Shown: positions 1 through 14,884 of the stretch, in pieces
Numbering within the stretch: position 1 is the first letter of the stretch
Layout: every line of letters begins with the position of its first letter
Source: Catajapyx aquilonaris
Lineage: Eukaryota
Assembly (NCBI GenBank): GCA_000934665.2
Contig: KZ538090.1
Coordinates: 1-64,000 of the forward strand
Direction: 5' to 3'
DNA length: 64,000 nt
The notes under the pieces: generated by a model
What the model was told of the DNA's origin: nothing
Seen by the model: only the letters and a program-made list of their open reading frames with translations
Databases searched by the model: none
Program-made: the position numbers and the translations under genes

Positions 1-1040
1 GCACAGCGAGATTCCATTGTTTTACTAGCGCCGCTGCGGGGAGGAATAACGGATCGGCCTTTTCTATTGCGCTGGGATAGAAGTGTCCATGGGCTGGTCA
101 TAATCAAGACTACACATAACAACAAGACAGTACTTTATGTAATTGTTACATGAACTTACAACACCATGACATTCAATATTATTGACTAATGAAGTCAGCT
201 TTCGTAAACATTGCAAGGAAAATATCGCTCTCTCGCGCAACTTTCATGAATTATAACGAATGATTGGCGCGATAAATAATTCCTCCGAATTCCTGGACAA
301 ACTATTTTGGGGTACGTCACCGCTCGCTTTCATGCCAACAAAAATAATAAGTTAGTCAACCTCCCTTCCCCATTTTCTCGGAAACGCCGCCTTGACACGC
401 ATTGATCCCAGCACCGGCTTCGACCAAAAACCCCTTGCTGCATTCAACCAACTTGAAGGAAACGGACAGAAAAAACCCCAAGATTTTCTGCCAAACCCCC
501 GATTGACGTACCCCGCACAAAATGAGCGGCCAAGGACCAAATAATTAGACAGGAACACGCCAACCACCAATTTTCAAATTTGGCATTTCCCTCCCTCCCC
601 CCAACTGCAGACTTTGAAACTGTCATTTGCACCCGTGTTTCCCCCCGCGTTTAAATTAAGCCAGCACAATTAATGCTTGCCGCAATTAAAATCCCTCAAT
701 TAATAATCCAACGCTAATGCAACCCTGCATTTTGTCGCCATCTATCAACCAGTTTCCCCAACCCTCCGCTTTCGCCATGACGCCCAGAGCCATCTGCCGG
801 CATCCATCTGAACCACAATTGGCGAATTCAGCCAGGGGGCAACTTTTCGCCATTTTTTTTTGGCGAATTGAGCTTGGATGATTCAAGCATCGTGGCAAAC
901 TGGGCGGGAGTGACGTAAGAATACACTCACCGGTTTCCACGTCACGTTGGGTGGCTTCTTCCACAAATCTAACGGGGCTTATTCGCATTCAAGTAGTGCA
1001 GGAACCATGCAAATGATGCAATGGGTTGATCCCAGTGGAC

Positions 1041-1070
1041 ACTTACCTGAAATAGAAGGAAAGGAAAAAT
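1041..1070 (-). other. Candidate recursive (ratchet-point) splice site in the long kcc intron
   Basis: The minus strand reads ATTTTTCCTTTCCTTCTATTTCAG|GTAAGT: a polypyrimidine tract and CAG acceptor directly abutting a perfect GTAAGT donor, with the junction at 1047/1046. Confidence 0.6.
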
Positions 1071-4000
1071 AAGTTTTGTTAGATATGTATTGGAAAAGTA
1101 CTCTCTGGATATAGAGCGAGTGGGACTGGCCTACATTTTGGCAGCTCATCTCGCATCGAGGGTAGTGTCATTGGGGGGTTAGTGCTTTTCACTGTCAACT
1201 AGTGTTTCCATCAGCGTGGCACCGAAACAAATGTGCCGAACGTTGGTGGTACGATTAATAGCCGCCAAAAATTGGTTCCGACATATCAATTACACTTTTT
1301 GGGGGTACAACACGTCATTTTCGGTAGTTATGGCAAAAGCAAGCCTGTCCAAAACGTAAAAGTCAACAACGCGGAACGCAAACCTAAAGCGTGTTTATTC
1401 AAAATTAAATTTATATGCCGCATCAAGCTAAAATCCATCCTATACGCACATTTGACGCAATTAGTGCTGATAAATAATTACTAATTAGGCATAAATAATT
1501 AGCAGCTCAATTCTGCCACTCTGTTTTATGTATAATCCGTGTATTTGAATCAAAAAATAAAATCCATGCCAGTAGCTATTTTTGTTTAAAAAAAGCAGCT
1601 AAAAAGCCATCAGTTGTGCACACATCTGCAGGTTCACCTCCATACGAATCCCTATGATATTGTTATATCAAAAGCAGGTTGAATAAACAGCATCACAGCG
1701 CTTCACCATGATCCATAGCGGCCTTATTAGCAAGCACTTGCAGTGCATACATAGGCACACAAGAAAGCCAAGCTGCGGATGTGCTTTTAATCAACACATA
1801 GAACCCAGCCACTAACCAACCCTGGCTCAAAAGCCCCCGATGAGAAAGTATTTTGTGTGGATCCCGCTACTACCAACAATCCAGCTTTTCCCCAGACTAT
1901 GCAACGAGCTTAAGGTAAACAAGGCCCACGGACAACGAATCGAGTTCAATACTCGACACTAAATTAGGGACTGTGCTAGGGGGATAATATCGATCCAAAA
2001 AATCTGGCATGGGAAGAGGGGGGAACCTGGGGGCTGCCATTTCGAATTCCTCTCCAATTCCCCTTTGCCTCATTTGCCATCCACTTCCACCGCCATCATG
2101 CATCTTGGGATGTGCCATTCTGCATTTTTGTCAAAACTACAGTGTGTTTCGACAAACTTCATGATGAATCGGTTGTCCCTTGAGGATTAAAATATTCAGA
2201 TGTCAGCTTGGCTACAGAGTAATGTGCTTCAAACACAATATGCAAATGTCAATTTCGTTAATTAATGCAGATAGTCCTAGCATCCTATACATATAGGACA
2301 CCTGTACAATAAAACAATCAAAAAATTATTTGCAGCTCCTGTACCTCGCCCACAATCCTTGAACTTCCCTGGTCAGCACCAGACGCATGTAATATACCCG
2401 TTTAAAAATTAATAAGTATCGACGCATGTACAGCAACACCAAGTGTGCCAAGATCAATGGGTTTCGCCCAAGAATCCTTGCTATTTCGCTCAAATACCCA
2501 GTGTTGTCTTAAGGAATCGTGCTAATTGCATGCCGGCATGAGCAGCTTCGGAAAATGCCTTAGCAGCCGACACGATCTAATCCAAAACTTTGCATACACA
2601 GGGAACTAGGGAGGGGTTGAGGAGCTCATCAGAAACGGGCTTGAAAAGCAGGGATTGCAGCAAAGTGGATTATCGCCATTGCAAAGTCACTCGCGAACTT
2701 CTCTCGCGGCGAAAAGGCGAAGAGTGACGAAAAATCGATTAATGGGCCCAGCACTTAATTGAAATCCCGGCCAACTGTAATCAGCCTCAACACACAAAAA
2801 ACTATAAAAAAACGTATCTTGTCTCCCACTTTATTTTTAGATGCCTTTTCTCTTATCTGGCTTCTACAATCCAACCCATTCAATATTCATACCAGTTTTC
2901 CAAGTTTCTCCTACACAGTATATTGGACTTTTCTGTCCGATATCTCTACCCCCGCTATAATTATACAGTATCTTCCATTTCCGGGCTGGCGAACTTTAAC
3001 GAACGGCTCAGTAACTCTTGCCGGTCATTAGGCCCCTCGGTTAGCTCATCAGCCGTCCAAAAATATTGGGAGCAACTTGCACCAGCCAACGGGTCGCGAT
3101 GGTTCAGCTCATCTCCACCGAGTTATTCCAGCAAATTTCGGTCGAAAAAATAAATTCTTCGGACACCACCTCTCTAGCAAGTTTCGGCCGAAAAAATATT
3201 TCGGCGGAGATTACCTTTCTAGCAGGTTTGAACCAACATCATCAGGATTCCGAGCTCCTTTGTGCCAAACTTAAAACTCGGCACAACTAGCGTCATTTCG
3301 TTTACACAAGCCTGAAAGGGAACATGGGGAAGCTTCATTGCGGCCACTGGAGCGAGCTTATAGTCTCCTTTCTCCCTCTTTTTTTTTGTCCCTCTGAAAG
3401 GCTATAGGTGGATGATAGGTTCTCTCCAACAAAAGAGGCTGCAGCTGGAATGATTTCCTCCAGACTGTAGAGAGAAGTGGGAAAAAATTCGATTCCAGAC
3501 CTTATAGTAATGACTATCTCCACCGCAGAAGCCCACAAACCATTTCACCTGTAGACACCATTTTTCCCGATGAAAAAGTCCATTTTATAGCACCTATAAA
3601 TCAGACGCCGCTTTATATCGCCGTAAACTGCTGAACACAGGTGGTAATACCGAAGACGCGACTAGTCATCCTCAAAAAAAAGTGGGCATTTTGCGTCAAT
3701 TTTTGATGTCATGATCAGAAACAGTGGGGATGGGCCAGTTTCCTCCGACTTTATGACTCACCCTGTGTGTAGATGACGTCCAAGGATTAGCCGGGACACT
3801 TTCCTCGTTTCAATAAGTCCTGGTGTCCCAACCAAGTCCCGAAGGTCCCGGTATGATATAACGTTGGATCGTGACTAGGGATCAAAATTGCTAGGAGGTG
3901 CATGCAAATATTGTGCTCGCGGGAATCTGGGTATTTTCTTCCCCTGGAAGCTCAACATATCCCAGCGGAAATGAGGCCATAACGTGAAGATGTTATCGTT

Positions 4001-7000
4001 GCGTATAAGTGAAACTTATGCGATCCTGTCCCTAACTCGACCCCAATTTACTGGAGTGCATAATGAGAATATGTCCCTTCCTCACAATGATAGGCACGAC
4101 AAATTAGATTTTTTTCTCCCTCACCAATTAATACGGTTCTTCCATTATGCGTCCATTCCACCCACACATGGACATGTTAAACCCATTAGAGTGGGCATTA
4201 CCTCCATGAATGGACTCTCCTCGACTCCTATACAGAGAATATAAAATGGGCGCAATATAAAGCATTGTGCCTGATAATCGCTTCACATTTGTTTCTTCTA
4301 ATAACTGTGCTTGGCTTAACGAGGAAATCATAACTTCCATATCATTAATAAATAAGCCGTAGAGTGGAAAACGCAACCGAAATAATCTCCGGAGCAGCAG
4401 TAATGTGATGTCACAAAGCTAATATGGGCTACCTATACGCGTAATGATGTGGTTTACCCTTATCACCGCAATGGACTGGGCTGCGTAATCTGGTTACGTT
4501 GATCAGAGGATTGGCCGCTCATGATATATAGTAATTTTCGTCCTTTAGACCATCACAGCTGGTATTGGACAGCTAGATTTTCGCGATCCCATATAATTGT
4601 CGCAATGGAGCTCGAGGCACGTACTTAATTATTCTAGAATTCTTGTCTTAAAAACAATATTTCGACTATATATACCTATTCATCCACATGAACCTGAGAT
4701 GCTGGAAAATGCAGTACTGTAATAAAGCACGATAATTGATTACGACCTCAGGTGAGTTCAGCAACTCCACATCAGCATGTGCACGATTATGCCTATAATC
4801 GCATATGACTAATATTAAAGCAGTAATTTTTTGATAGTTCATTCATTGATCTCTGCCTCCTGCCTCTCTCTTCCTCTCTTCCCATCCCCTTCAAATCCTC
4901 CCTTAATTTGAATTTCAAACAAGTGCAAATGGCGTAAGGGAAATCGAACAGCAGCAGAGTCAACCGATAGGCAGGAGCGACACAGTGAATACCAATAGCA
5001 GCTCAATATTATGACTATTACAATAACAGTAGATATTCCCTCAAATTATTTTCAATGCCTTATTTCAGGATACGCCCCAAGAATTCTGCCCGTTCAATTG
5101 AGTATGTCGTCCTTCGGTGAAAAGTTACGTCAATCCGTCTCGCCCAAGTAAGAAAAAAGGCAAGCGCATATCAACAAAAAGTAATGCAGCAAAAATGTCA
5201 GGCGATATTCCTTCAAGGCTTGTGCCACTTGGATGCCGTTGTTTTTGAATCTATCCAAGAAGGCAGAAGTTCTGAGTATTTGTGTCCGTAGGGCGGGTAA
5301 ATCCATTCATGTAATCAGATGCAAATTTTGCTGTGTCATCAAACAATCACGAGTATAGACTCCAATGCTTCCTTACAGATAATGATTGCGCATAGTCACG
5401 TGTACACTTCACAGACAAATGGACAACTCGTCACATCGGTACAGTACCTGCACGCTCTGAACCTCATATATCACTGACGTACTCCAGTCAAATCGTGACA
5501 TAACTTACACTCGGGTTTCACTACGGTTCACTGCAAATTTATGAACGCAACCTTACCTAACTAGCATGAGTAACCGATTAGCGAGTGCCAGGCGGATATC
5601 CCAGGATTTATGCCTATAATACTGCATATGCAACGTAACAAAAACACATCTCGAGAACAAGTACTCGGAACTCCAGTCCACAAACTCCATACTAAAAAAA
5701 TAATACCCAATCCACATAACAACCCTATGTGTGCAACGCATTAGCGAAATGGTCCATCTATCCTATATTTTAATGAAATTTCGGCTGTAACTACAGTAAC
5801 TTATTACAACCCCGTTCCTGATTACCATATATACACGCCCAAACTTCCGCTGCAATCTTGCATTAGACACCTTAAACTATCCGCTGCCTGCACCAACAGA
5901 GAGGGTGTGCACTGGAATGCATCTGAAACCCAATCTCACGTGCCAGACAGCACATACTGTACCACTCTCCCTTGAAATCATATAACACCACCGAACTTTC
6001 GCTCTTCCTAATGACGAAAACTCCGCAGCATGTCCTGTACCTTCAGCTGCGTAAAAGTGGCGGAAATTGAATCAACCCTGATTTTTAATTCACTTTATGA
6101 TGGTTCTATACCTGGCGCTATTTTAGGTCCAGAAAATATTTCCCTCCTGAGAGAGGAGACCCAGTAATTAGCCCGCCATAATTAGAAGTTGATAGCAACT
6201 CAGCAGAAGGGGAAATGGCGAATGTCGCTTTTCCTCTCTTTCCCACTAGGAGAGTTCGCAATCCTCGCGCCAATTTACCCTAAAATTTTCGCTACAACCC
6301 AGACATCCCCCTTAAATAAATTTTTTTACAGCTTGCAATTACACCCCAGGCTCAGCTGACCCTGCAACTCCATTACAGGAACATGAAAGCGATCCGTATA
6401 AACCGCAGGGCCAATCCGGGATAATTCGGTGCAGCGTCACACATCGCGGGTGTGAAAGTGAATCCGGAATATTCCCAGAGAACAAGGTTTCTCCTGGCGC
6501 CTAAATGAACCCAGTGCCTGTATAAATCCGGACTATGGACGGTTTAACAGGCACCGGATTTTGCCCTGTTAAGAAGTTTCAGAGGTAGGCCCAGGTTTCC
6601 ACGCTGCTGTATCCTGGCTGGAATCGATTGAAGCTGCTGGAGTCTCTACCTGGAGGCTGGCTGGAAAAGCACACGGCTCTAAAAATATATTTTCCCTACT
6701 TTGGAAGCCTGACTTGTCACAGGCCGGTATGACATTTATGGAATGTTTCCGGCCCTCATTATTGCTCCAGCGCGCGTCTTCTCACCTGCGGAAAATTGCC
6801 ATTGTGTTTTCCTCCAGTTTCGGATTGCCTGGGTTGAGCGTGCCGGAATGTATGCAAATTGTGGTGTGCGCTATTACAAGGCGCCCGACAAAGACGGAGC
6901 TGTCGGGCTTAATTTTGCGAGACGTGACGGATAGTCATGAGGCTGGACAACAGGACAAAGGGTGTAACGCAGTCGTTTCTAGCCGAGTTAATTATTCCTG

Positions 7001-10000
7001 TTTTCTTAATGCTGTTTAGAAACACCGACTGGACTGGCCTGTTTACTCTGGGGGATAAGCTTGGTATGCATCTGAACAATCGATATTTGCAGTTACTGCT
7101 TGGTAGCCCAAAATAATTTGGTTAGGGTGGTCCCTCAAGGACGTCATCATGTTGGTGTGACAAACTTGGACGCGAAGGAGGCTGCTTTGTCCACGCCCTT
7201 TTTTTTCATGTCAAGTTTTTTTCGAAGTACTGCACTAGGAAAATAAAGCCGCATAAATAGCTGGAGAAAATGGCGTACTTTTCCCTGGGGAAGGTGGTAC
7301 AAACCTTCAGAGACCTGGGCAAAGGAGGGTCGTAAAAGTCAAATGTCATGTTCTTTACGGTCGGTCCCTTTGTCCTCAAGTCCAACGCATTCTTGCAACA
7401 GTCTATACAGTATATAGGGAGCCACTTCTGCAGAGGATTAGGAAATTACAAAGTTCGTTCAGTGTAACCCGCAATTCAATGGCAGCTTAATCATTATGCA
7501 TAAAATATCGAGCCCTACTTGACTTAATACCCTATTAACTTGCTAAGTTTAAAGAGCAGTTGCCTACTTCCTAAATCCTCGCCGTTTCTAGAGATTATCC
7601 GCGTTACAAGTGCCCGAAAGTGTTTGTACAAAATTGAGTCGCATGTATAACAATGATTTGAGCTGACGTTTGATGGCCCACACCGGAGACTCTTGTCAAT
7701 ACCGACAATGTAAAGCAATGTGGCAACGCCTGAAGCCATTTAGGTTCCAGCCAAATCGGCCGTTTGATATTCTCGTCGCATAATAAGCAATATCGACGTT
7801 TACCGCCACCTTCAGTACCGACAGTATAGGCCCTACAGCACAGCAAAGCCACCGCTAAAAGAGCAGGGTTTCACGTGTACAATTTTAACAGGACATGCCA
7901 TACAGCCACAATGTTAATGCTGGTCGCGGTTTACTAAAACACGCTCTAATCCAGAGAAGGAATCCTGCGGCACTGCCGGTGTGAAACATATCGCAATAAC
8001 ACCATGCACCATTTGCCACACAATTAATTAGCCTTCAGGCCACTCGTACTCCCACTGCAGAATTTGCGGTTTCTGCGGTCTTATTACACCGAATAAGACA
8101 TGATTATGGCGTCTCAGAAGTGCAAGTTGTACAACACTCCGGTAATGAAATATAGAACGTCTGACTTCCCCTTAGAAAAAAAGTAATGTCAGCTATAAGT
8201 TACATTGGAATGACAAAGAAAATGAGATTTCTACAAGGAAGTTACCCCCATATTATGAGAACCGCGAGTTCCTCGTAGCTTATTCCATTATGGGACAGAA
8301 ATGGTAACACTCCAGGCCATCCCCAATGATTTATATCCCGCAGAAGTTTTGCGGATTACGAGGTTCGCCACGCCCTGTCATACACTCGCAATTTCATCGT
8401 TTGTTAAACCAACTCTGACCAGGTCGATGGACAACTTTTTCAACGACCTGCAGACCTACTAGTCAAAATATCCTAGTTTTTAAACTCCTCTCCGGAAGTG
8501 GGCCTGAACTATTCGGTCTTCTCCTTATGTCCAACTTTTGTATCACACTCTATTTGTTCAGGCTTTTTGGGCCTTCTCATGCTGTGCAGTTTTACTGTGT
8601 GGAACTGGTGCTATATTTCGGATCAACGAAGTCACGTCCTGGCTTTAGGACCAGGTCAGGCCATTTTTATTGCCCAAAACACGTCAATTCGCGAATAGTA
8701 ACTTTTTTATCACAAAAATTGCTGCCTGGAATTCATTTCGCCTGTCAAACCTATAACCACACGAGGTCAAAATGTGTTGCACATTACAATGTATTTTACA
8801 GATTACCATTCTCTGCATTGAATATCTCCGATCTGTTGATGCTGCAACGAACAATCGAAAGTATGTGACGCCATCAAAATGATTCGTTTAGAGCAATAAA
8901 ATTGCCCAGCGTGAAACAGGTTCACGAAATATAGTCCGACCAGGACTTCGCCAAAATTGCGTCAAACATGCAAAAACTGCACTCCCGGAAGGTCAGCTGC
9001 AACTCCGCATCACACGAAGTGCTTTGCATGTCAATGGACGCAGGTTTCATCACGAAAAGAAATGTCTTCGGCGCAGGAAATTACGATGGAAATGAGGTAA
9101 TGGCTCTGCCCCAGGAATCCTTCAGAATAAAAAAAATTGAACTGGACCTTTCAGGAGCAGGCAGATCGTTACAAGGGCGCCGTTGAGCAGCTGTGCCAGG
9201 TTCCCACGTTATGTCACAGTGATGCAGTGTGGACGAACACCGGAGGGATAATAACAAAAAAGAAAAGAAAAAAGGATCCGCTGCACAGCATCTCTTTCGG
9301 CCTTTCAGAAATGATGTCGAAGTGAGACGAACCTTCCGAAACACACGTAGAGTTTCTTCACTACACAGCAGGTGACGAAAAGTACGCCCTGTAGGATCCA
9401 TATTGCCATATTTTACCTCTAAAACACCCCCGTGGTGCCAATGCTAAGAGGTTGATTCTACAAAGTGTTTCACTGAGATAACGACAAACTTCTAGAGCAA
9501 AATACTGCAATCATTTGCGTAATACCGAATCAAAACATGTGGAGCACAAGTACGGTAATTAATAGTGATTCTTAATTGAATCATGCCTCATTACTGGTAA
9601 CTGCTCCAAACATATGGCTTGGAATATCTTGGCACACCAAGTCTGTTTATTCCAGGAAAAATATGGGAATAAGCTGTGGCTTTAAATTTAATTTGCATAT
9701 CAAGTACAAAGTGAGTCGCTACTAAGACAATCAGATTCCAGCTCCAAGGGACATGCTGTGCTGTACTTTCTAATTATGGCTAAGTATCTGAGTAACCTGA
9801 CGACGCCCACCGAATTACCATTTATACATAAAATTATCCCCTAGTGACCAGGAATTCAATCTCTCAGCATCATTACCTGAAAAGCCTGCATACGTTTCTC
9901 GGCTGATTAGTGTTTGCAACCTCTTCATATTCCGCTGCTATTCCTTAGATTATCGTCTTCTTAAATGACTCTCTCATGGGATTATTTGCCTGTCAGACAA

Positions 10001-13000
10001 TCTAAGTTGTGACATGATAAACGAGCCCCATTCCTCCCAAATCTGGGAGTGAAATTAGTGGAAGTCTGCCCTGCCCCTGCTGATTGCTGCTGATTGTGTC
10101 GCATTGATCCATGTTTTTCTATTCTTGTGGAGAGGGAATGGTGGTGGCGCCCAGTTGCATGTCAATCGAAATCTGCAGCCTTTTGTTACCACCCCCGTTC
10201 TGTTCAATCCGGTGAACAATCTGTGTGCAAAAACGGTCCAACAGATAACCAACAAAGGCAACTGTGTTGTCACCGTTTGTTCCAAACGTGGATTACACTG
10301 TGTTGTATAGATCTCATTTGGAAGCATTGTCTCTTTCTCTCTCTCTCTCCTCAGCGAGCTGAATCTAGATGGAATATTGATTTCAAAGTTTAAAAAAAGA
10401 TCTGATATTAAAGTAGTTTCCATTCCAGATGACTAATAGGCAGTCATAGAATGCTGCTGAATACTCTCATCAATTTGGAACGTTTCCGTATTTTTGCCTG
10501 TCAGTGTTTCCATATTTCACTTCAATGGTTCAAGTCATATCCAGAACTTAATTTCTGTGAATAATATGGTTTGGAGGGTCAATAATTTGCTCAAGTATAG
10601 TCTATAAAGTAATAATTCATATATTTCTCGGACATGTCAAGATCCCCAAAACTTCAATGAGACGTTAGCCTACATTCAATGTGATAACAGCTTCCAAATC
10701 ATATTATAACTTCTGCATGAAGTGATATTACATAATATTCCTTCGCATCTTGCACTCTAACCAACCGAGATTAGCTTGCATTTCTGAGCACCTTTACATT
10801 TCCCTCTGCAGGAACTAATGTAAGACTCGTGTCCAGTGTGGTGGAATACTCTTGGCTCTCCTCCAGGATATTCCACTACAGTGGACACACGGTAAGACCA
10901 AGATCTATATGACAAACCCCACTTGTGGATCTTGAGTGAGGCAGTCATAAAATTCCCTTCGAAATTCTTCAAGAAACTCTGCACCGAGTGCAAACTATGT
11001 AAAATAAATTCTTCCACCGGAATTTCAGTACCCTGGATAATTATTTCAACAGAGGAACAGTATACGAACATGCCAAAGTTTGAGTAACTAGTTTGTAAGT
11101 AGACGTGTACAGTAAAGCTTATCAAGAACATACCCGCCGCAGTCCAGTAATATTGAAACAATGCAGTTTAGCATATAAAATAAAGGAGCAAAGGCCCAGG
11201 CTACCTGCATCTTCCATGTTCATTCCAACATTCCAAAAATAGTTTTGACGGGCGTTACCTCAATTAGACTGTAAGGGCATTCCTGCAGCTTCTAATTATA
11301 TACGGGTTAAATGTCGTACTGTCAGTACCAGTACCGTACTTCTCGCATTCAAATGCATATTCACCTGTATATCAAGTATCATCAGTTTCACATGTATGAT
11401 ACAGACACAACAGGGGCCTGCCGTCACTTTTAAAACTAGCACTATCGCTTCCTATTGTACAACTCGTCCATTAACATATGCCGCAAATGTGAATAATTGC
11501 GGGTGATCATAAACAATCCCCGTGATTACGACCTACTGCGTTTGTGAATATAACAAACTAATTACACTGTGCAGCATGGTGCCATATACTAGGGACAATA
11601 CAGCGCAGCGGTGCACAAAAGGTCCGCAGGGTCCTCTTTTGTTTCATTCCAAGTGGCCAACATTAGCTGCTCCTGTTGCCACCTCCCACATAAATAATCA
11701 TCGCTGGCATTTAATCGGAATAAGTGGCCCTCCCAGAAAAGGTCAGTCATAATTGTAAGATTTACATGACCAATTACGAAAAAGCTGCCGTACATCACCC
11801 TAAAAATACCCTCTCCTTTGAGCTGACTTACGAAAACCATCAATTCCAAAGATCTGAGAGAAAAGCGATCGATCCTTGTTAGTCCAGGTACTCTGCTGTG
11901 GGCTATGTCCACGTGGTACTGCCAGTTCATTTGTGGGCCCGGGGCGGGCCCCTATTCGACTGAAAGGTCCTTTTCAGAGATGGTGAGGAGGTCCAAATTA
12001 AACTGCCTCTAGCAGACTGTGTATCAAACAAGTCGCTCAGGAAAGGTCTCACCATGACCAGAGTCAATAAAACTTCCTTTTGCTTCATGAGCTGCCATGC
12101 TATTGGATTACATTCGCTTTGTTTGCTGCTGTCTCCTCGCTGCACCCACCCAGTATAAGAGGATCGGACCAAATCGAATTCGGACAGTTTTGGGCACCGT
12201 GCTAGTGCTAACGAATTTCAGCGACTATTGCGCCAGATGCAATTACGGCTCGGAGGATTTAATCCGCTTGTATAGTGGTCGGAGGTGTCGGAAAATATTA
12301 ACTGATGTGCATTGTCATATTTTATGAACTTTCAGAGTATGTGGTGTGAAATGATGAAAATGCGCGTGGAAATAATAAATTAACGACAAATTTCCATATT
12401 GTTTTCAGGGTAATGGCCGAATGTATATAGGAGTAATCTAGAAGGTTCATACCGTTGGTTCATATCTGCAACTTGATGGGTGTTAATTACGTCGCACCTA
12501 CGTCACAGGAAATGTGAGGCTCATCTGGTGGTTTATCAATGCTATTCTGTATTGTATTGTGCTAACAAGAGTGCTTAGCTTACTACAGTCACAGTATGTC
12601 TCAGAATGAGAAAACTAGAAAAGTAAAATATGGCCCCCCCCCTCCCCCCCCAATAAAAACAAACGAAAACTACAAAATATTCATGATATAGTGCGTAGAT
12701 TTATTTTTTATATTGCAGTTCTACTTGAATGGATGCCAAAGTGTCACCGTCATTCAGTAAACTACGCAAGGAGACTGCGTAATAAGCTGCCAGTTCCATG
12801 ACCTGCAGCACTTTTTATCGTAAGGTCCATCAGAATCTAGCAGTAAACAGCTGAAAATGGATGGCTGAAACCTGCACTCGTGCAAGGTCAAGTGTCCTTT
12901 CCCATGTTGCCCTACTTTCCCGGCAGACTGGCTGGCTGTTACTGTTACTGGACTGGTTACAACACTGGCCTCACAAACATATTGTTTTCCATGTCTATAT

Positions 13001-14084
13001 CACAACATCCATTGCCATTGGTCTGACATCATAACACTACAGGCCAGGGGTATTGTACTCGACATGCACATTAATGTGATCGGTATACATGATGCATGAC
13101 ACTTGAATGCAAAGACTTCAGCCATTTTAAAGCATTTTATTGACATGCAATATTGCACCTTGTGCTGTCAGTTGGCTCTGTGAAGAATGACGGCTTGTGC
13201 TCTTCAATGCCATGCCCTAAGCTCATTAGCCTGATCGTCTCTTCTCTGTTAATTACACTGCAGGCAGCTGATTGATCCGTGATTTCACAGTATAAGCCTC
13301 TTTGACTTTTCACCACCACAAGTCACCCCATGATTGGTCAAGATTGTCACACCTGTTGACACTCACTTGTTACACTTTCCTCGCTTCTCTAGAAACTTCT
13401 GATATGTCTATATAGTTATAGTGTCAATGAAATCTTTGGCTGCAATTAGTGAGGAATTGCCAAAACATGTGAAATCATCATGCCTATGTTGTTTACCTAC
13501 AGCATATATGCAATGTGTAATGCAGTATGCAGTTTCATAACATGAAATTGTTACTAAAATAGAATTGTTTTAGTCCCACAGGAATATATCCCACTTTAAA
13601 ATAACTTTCCATTTCATAAATTGTTACAATATTAAATGTATAGCCTCATGATAACACTCCTGCTAATATGACAGCCCCAGGGTAAACAGCTCCACACAAC
13701 CATGCTTTTATGCATTATTAAACTATATCTGCCCACTAACACGAAGGAAGGAGCAGTGCACCATGCACTGCCCCACCTATAAATAAAACACCAGGAATAC
13801 ATAAATCGCCAAGTTGCAAATATACTGATACATATTTAATTGTTACATGCCCATATGAATGTTCTATCCAAATGACATTATCTTGGTTATTTTTGTCACT
13901 GCAGCTTGCATAGTAATATCAACAAGGACCACAGCTGCAGAGCAACATGTGCACTATTGCTCTGTAAATGTATCTTGGTTTCCAGTGTATGACTTGAACA
14001 CACACAGCCTGATGCACCGCATGGCCTGTCATCCCCACACCATGCCCTCCTTATCCCCCCATGCATCCACACACACTGTCTTAC

Positions 14085-14211
14085 CGTCATACTCGTCTCC
14101 TCCAGCCCCTCCGCCTCCTCCAGCAGTGGTGGACCCATAGTTAGGGAAGGTCCCTCCGTCCCCTGCCATGGGCTCCTCCTGGGCCCTGGTCACCTTAAAC
14201 CTCTCCGGCAT
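14085..14211 (-). CDS. kcc: First coding exon of a K-Cl cotransporter (kcc / SLC12A4-7-like). The remaining exons presumably lie beyond the left edge of the window.
   Basis: ATG at 14211 gives MPERFKVTRAQEEPMAGDGGTFPNYGSTTAGGGGGAGGDEYD, ending at a strong donor G|GTAAGA (phase 1). The N-terminus resembles the arthropod KCC start (recalled as MPDRFQVTKA) and carries an RFxV SPAK/OSR1 docking motif. No transmembrane exons were recognised in 1-14084. Confidence 0.65.
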
Positions 14212-14884
14212 GGCTGTGTACGACCCACCGACCGACCAGCCACGCACGCACCACCTGTCTATCTATACACACGCTCTGTGTCTTCTTCTTCTTCTTCTTC
14301 TTCTCTCTGTCTGCGCCCACTAAGCCGTCGTCGTCGTCCCTCCCTCGCAGGCAGCCAGCGAGCGACTCCTCCACTCACTCTTCTTCCCACCTGGGTTTAG
14401 CCCGCTTTGTTGGCCCCACACAGATGGTGCCAAGCGCAACAAGCACTTCGCCGGTCCAGTCAGCTCTTTGCCACTAGGGGACATGCGCACGGTTTACATC
14501 CCACACATTTTATCCAGTCCTTTTTCACGACTGTCCGACACGTGGACACTCAGGAATTAATTGGTTTATTGCCTCTCAGGTTAATTTCCAGTGTAATTGA
14601 TGCCGGTAGTGATGGTCGGTGGTATCGGGCTGGCGGACTGTTCAAATCAGGGTAGTGGTCAAATGTGGGGAATGGTCCGGGTTGGGGTTGGTTTGGCGGG
14701 TGACTTCGCGGGTCTGTACCGGTCGGGTTGATACGGTGGCGGTGTTGGCACTGGGCCCAATCAGATTTGCGACGCTTATCTTCATCGGGAGTGATTGGAG
14801 GCAGGCTGCGGGAGGGAAGTCATCCGCGTGGCCGTTTGTGTCAATTTGGGTCGCGTGTCCTGGCGTGTCCAGGGGCGGATGCTG

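Noticed and set aside
1897..2118. 73-aa minus-strand ORF as an alternative kcc first exon
   Set aside because: The composition is plausible, but there is no strong donor and no recognisable SLC12 similarity; it cannot be supported without RNA data.
6406..6568. MITE-like inverted ends CAGGGCCAATCCGG / CCGGATTTTGCCCTG
   Set aside because: The match is short and imperfect and there is no TSD; at most a decayed relic.
8968..9401. Possible transposase fragment
   Set aside because: No recognisable DDE motif or TIR could be established by eye.
10757..11161. 134-aa minus-strand ORF
   Set aside because: Non-ATG start, no domain motif and no convincing splice sites.
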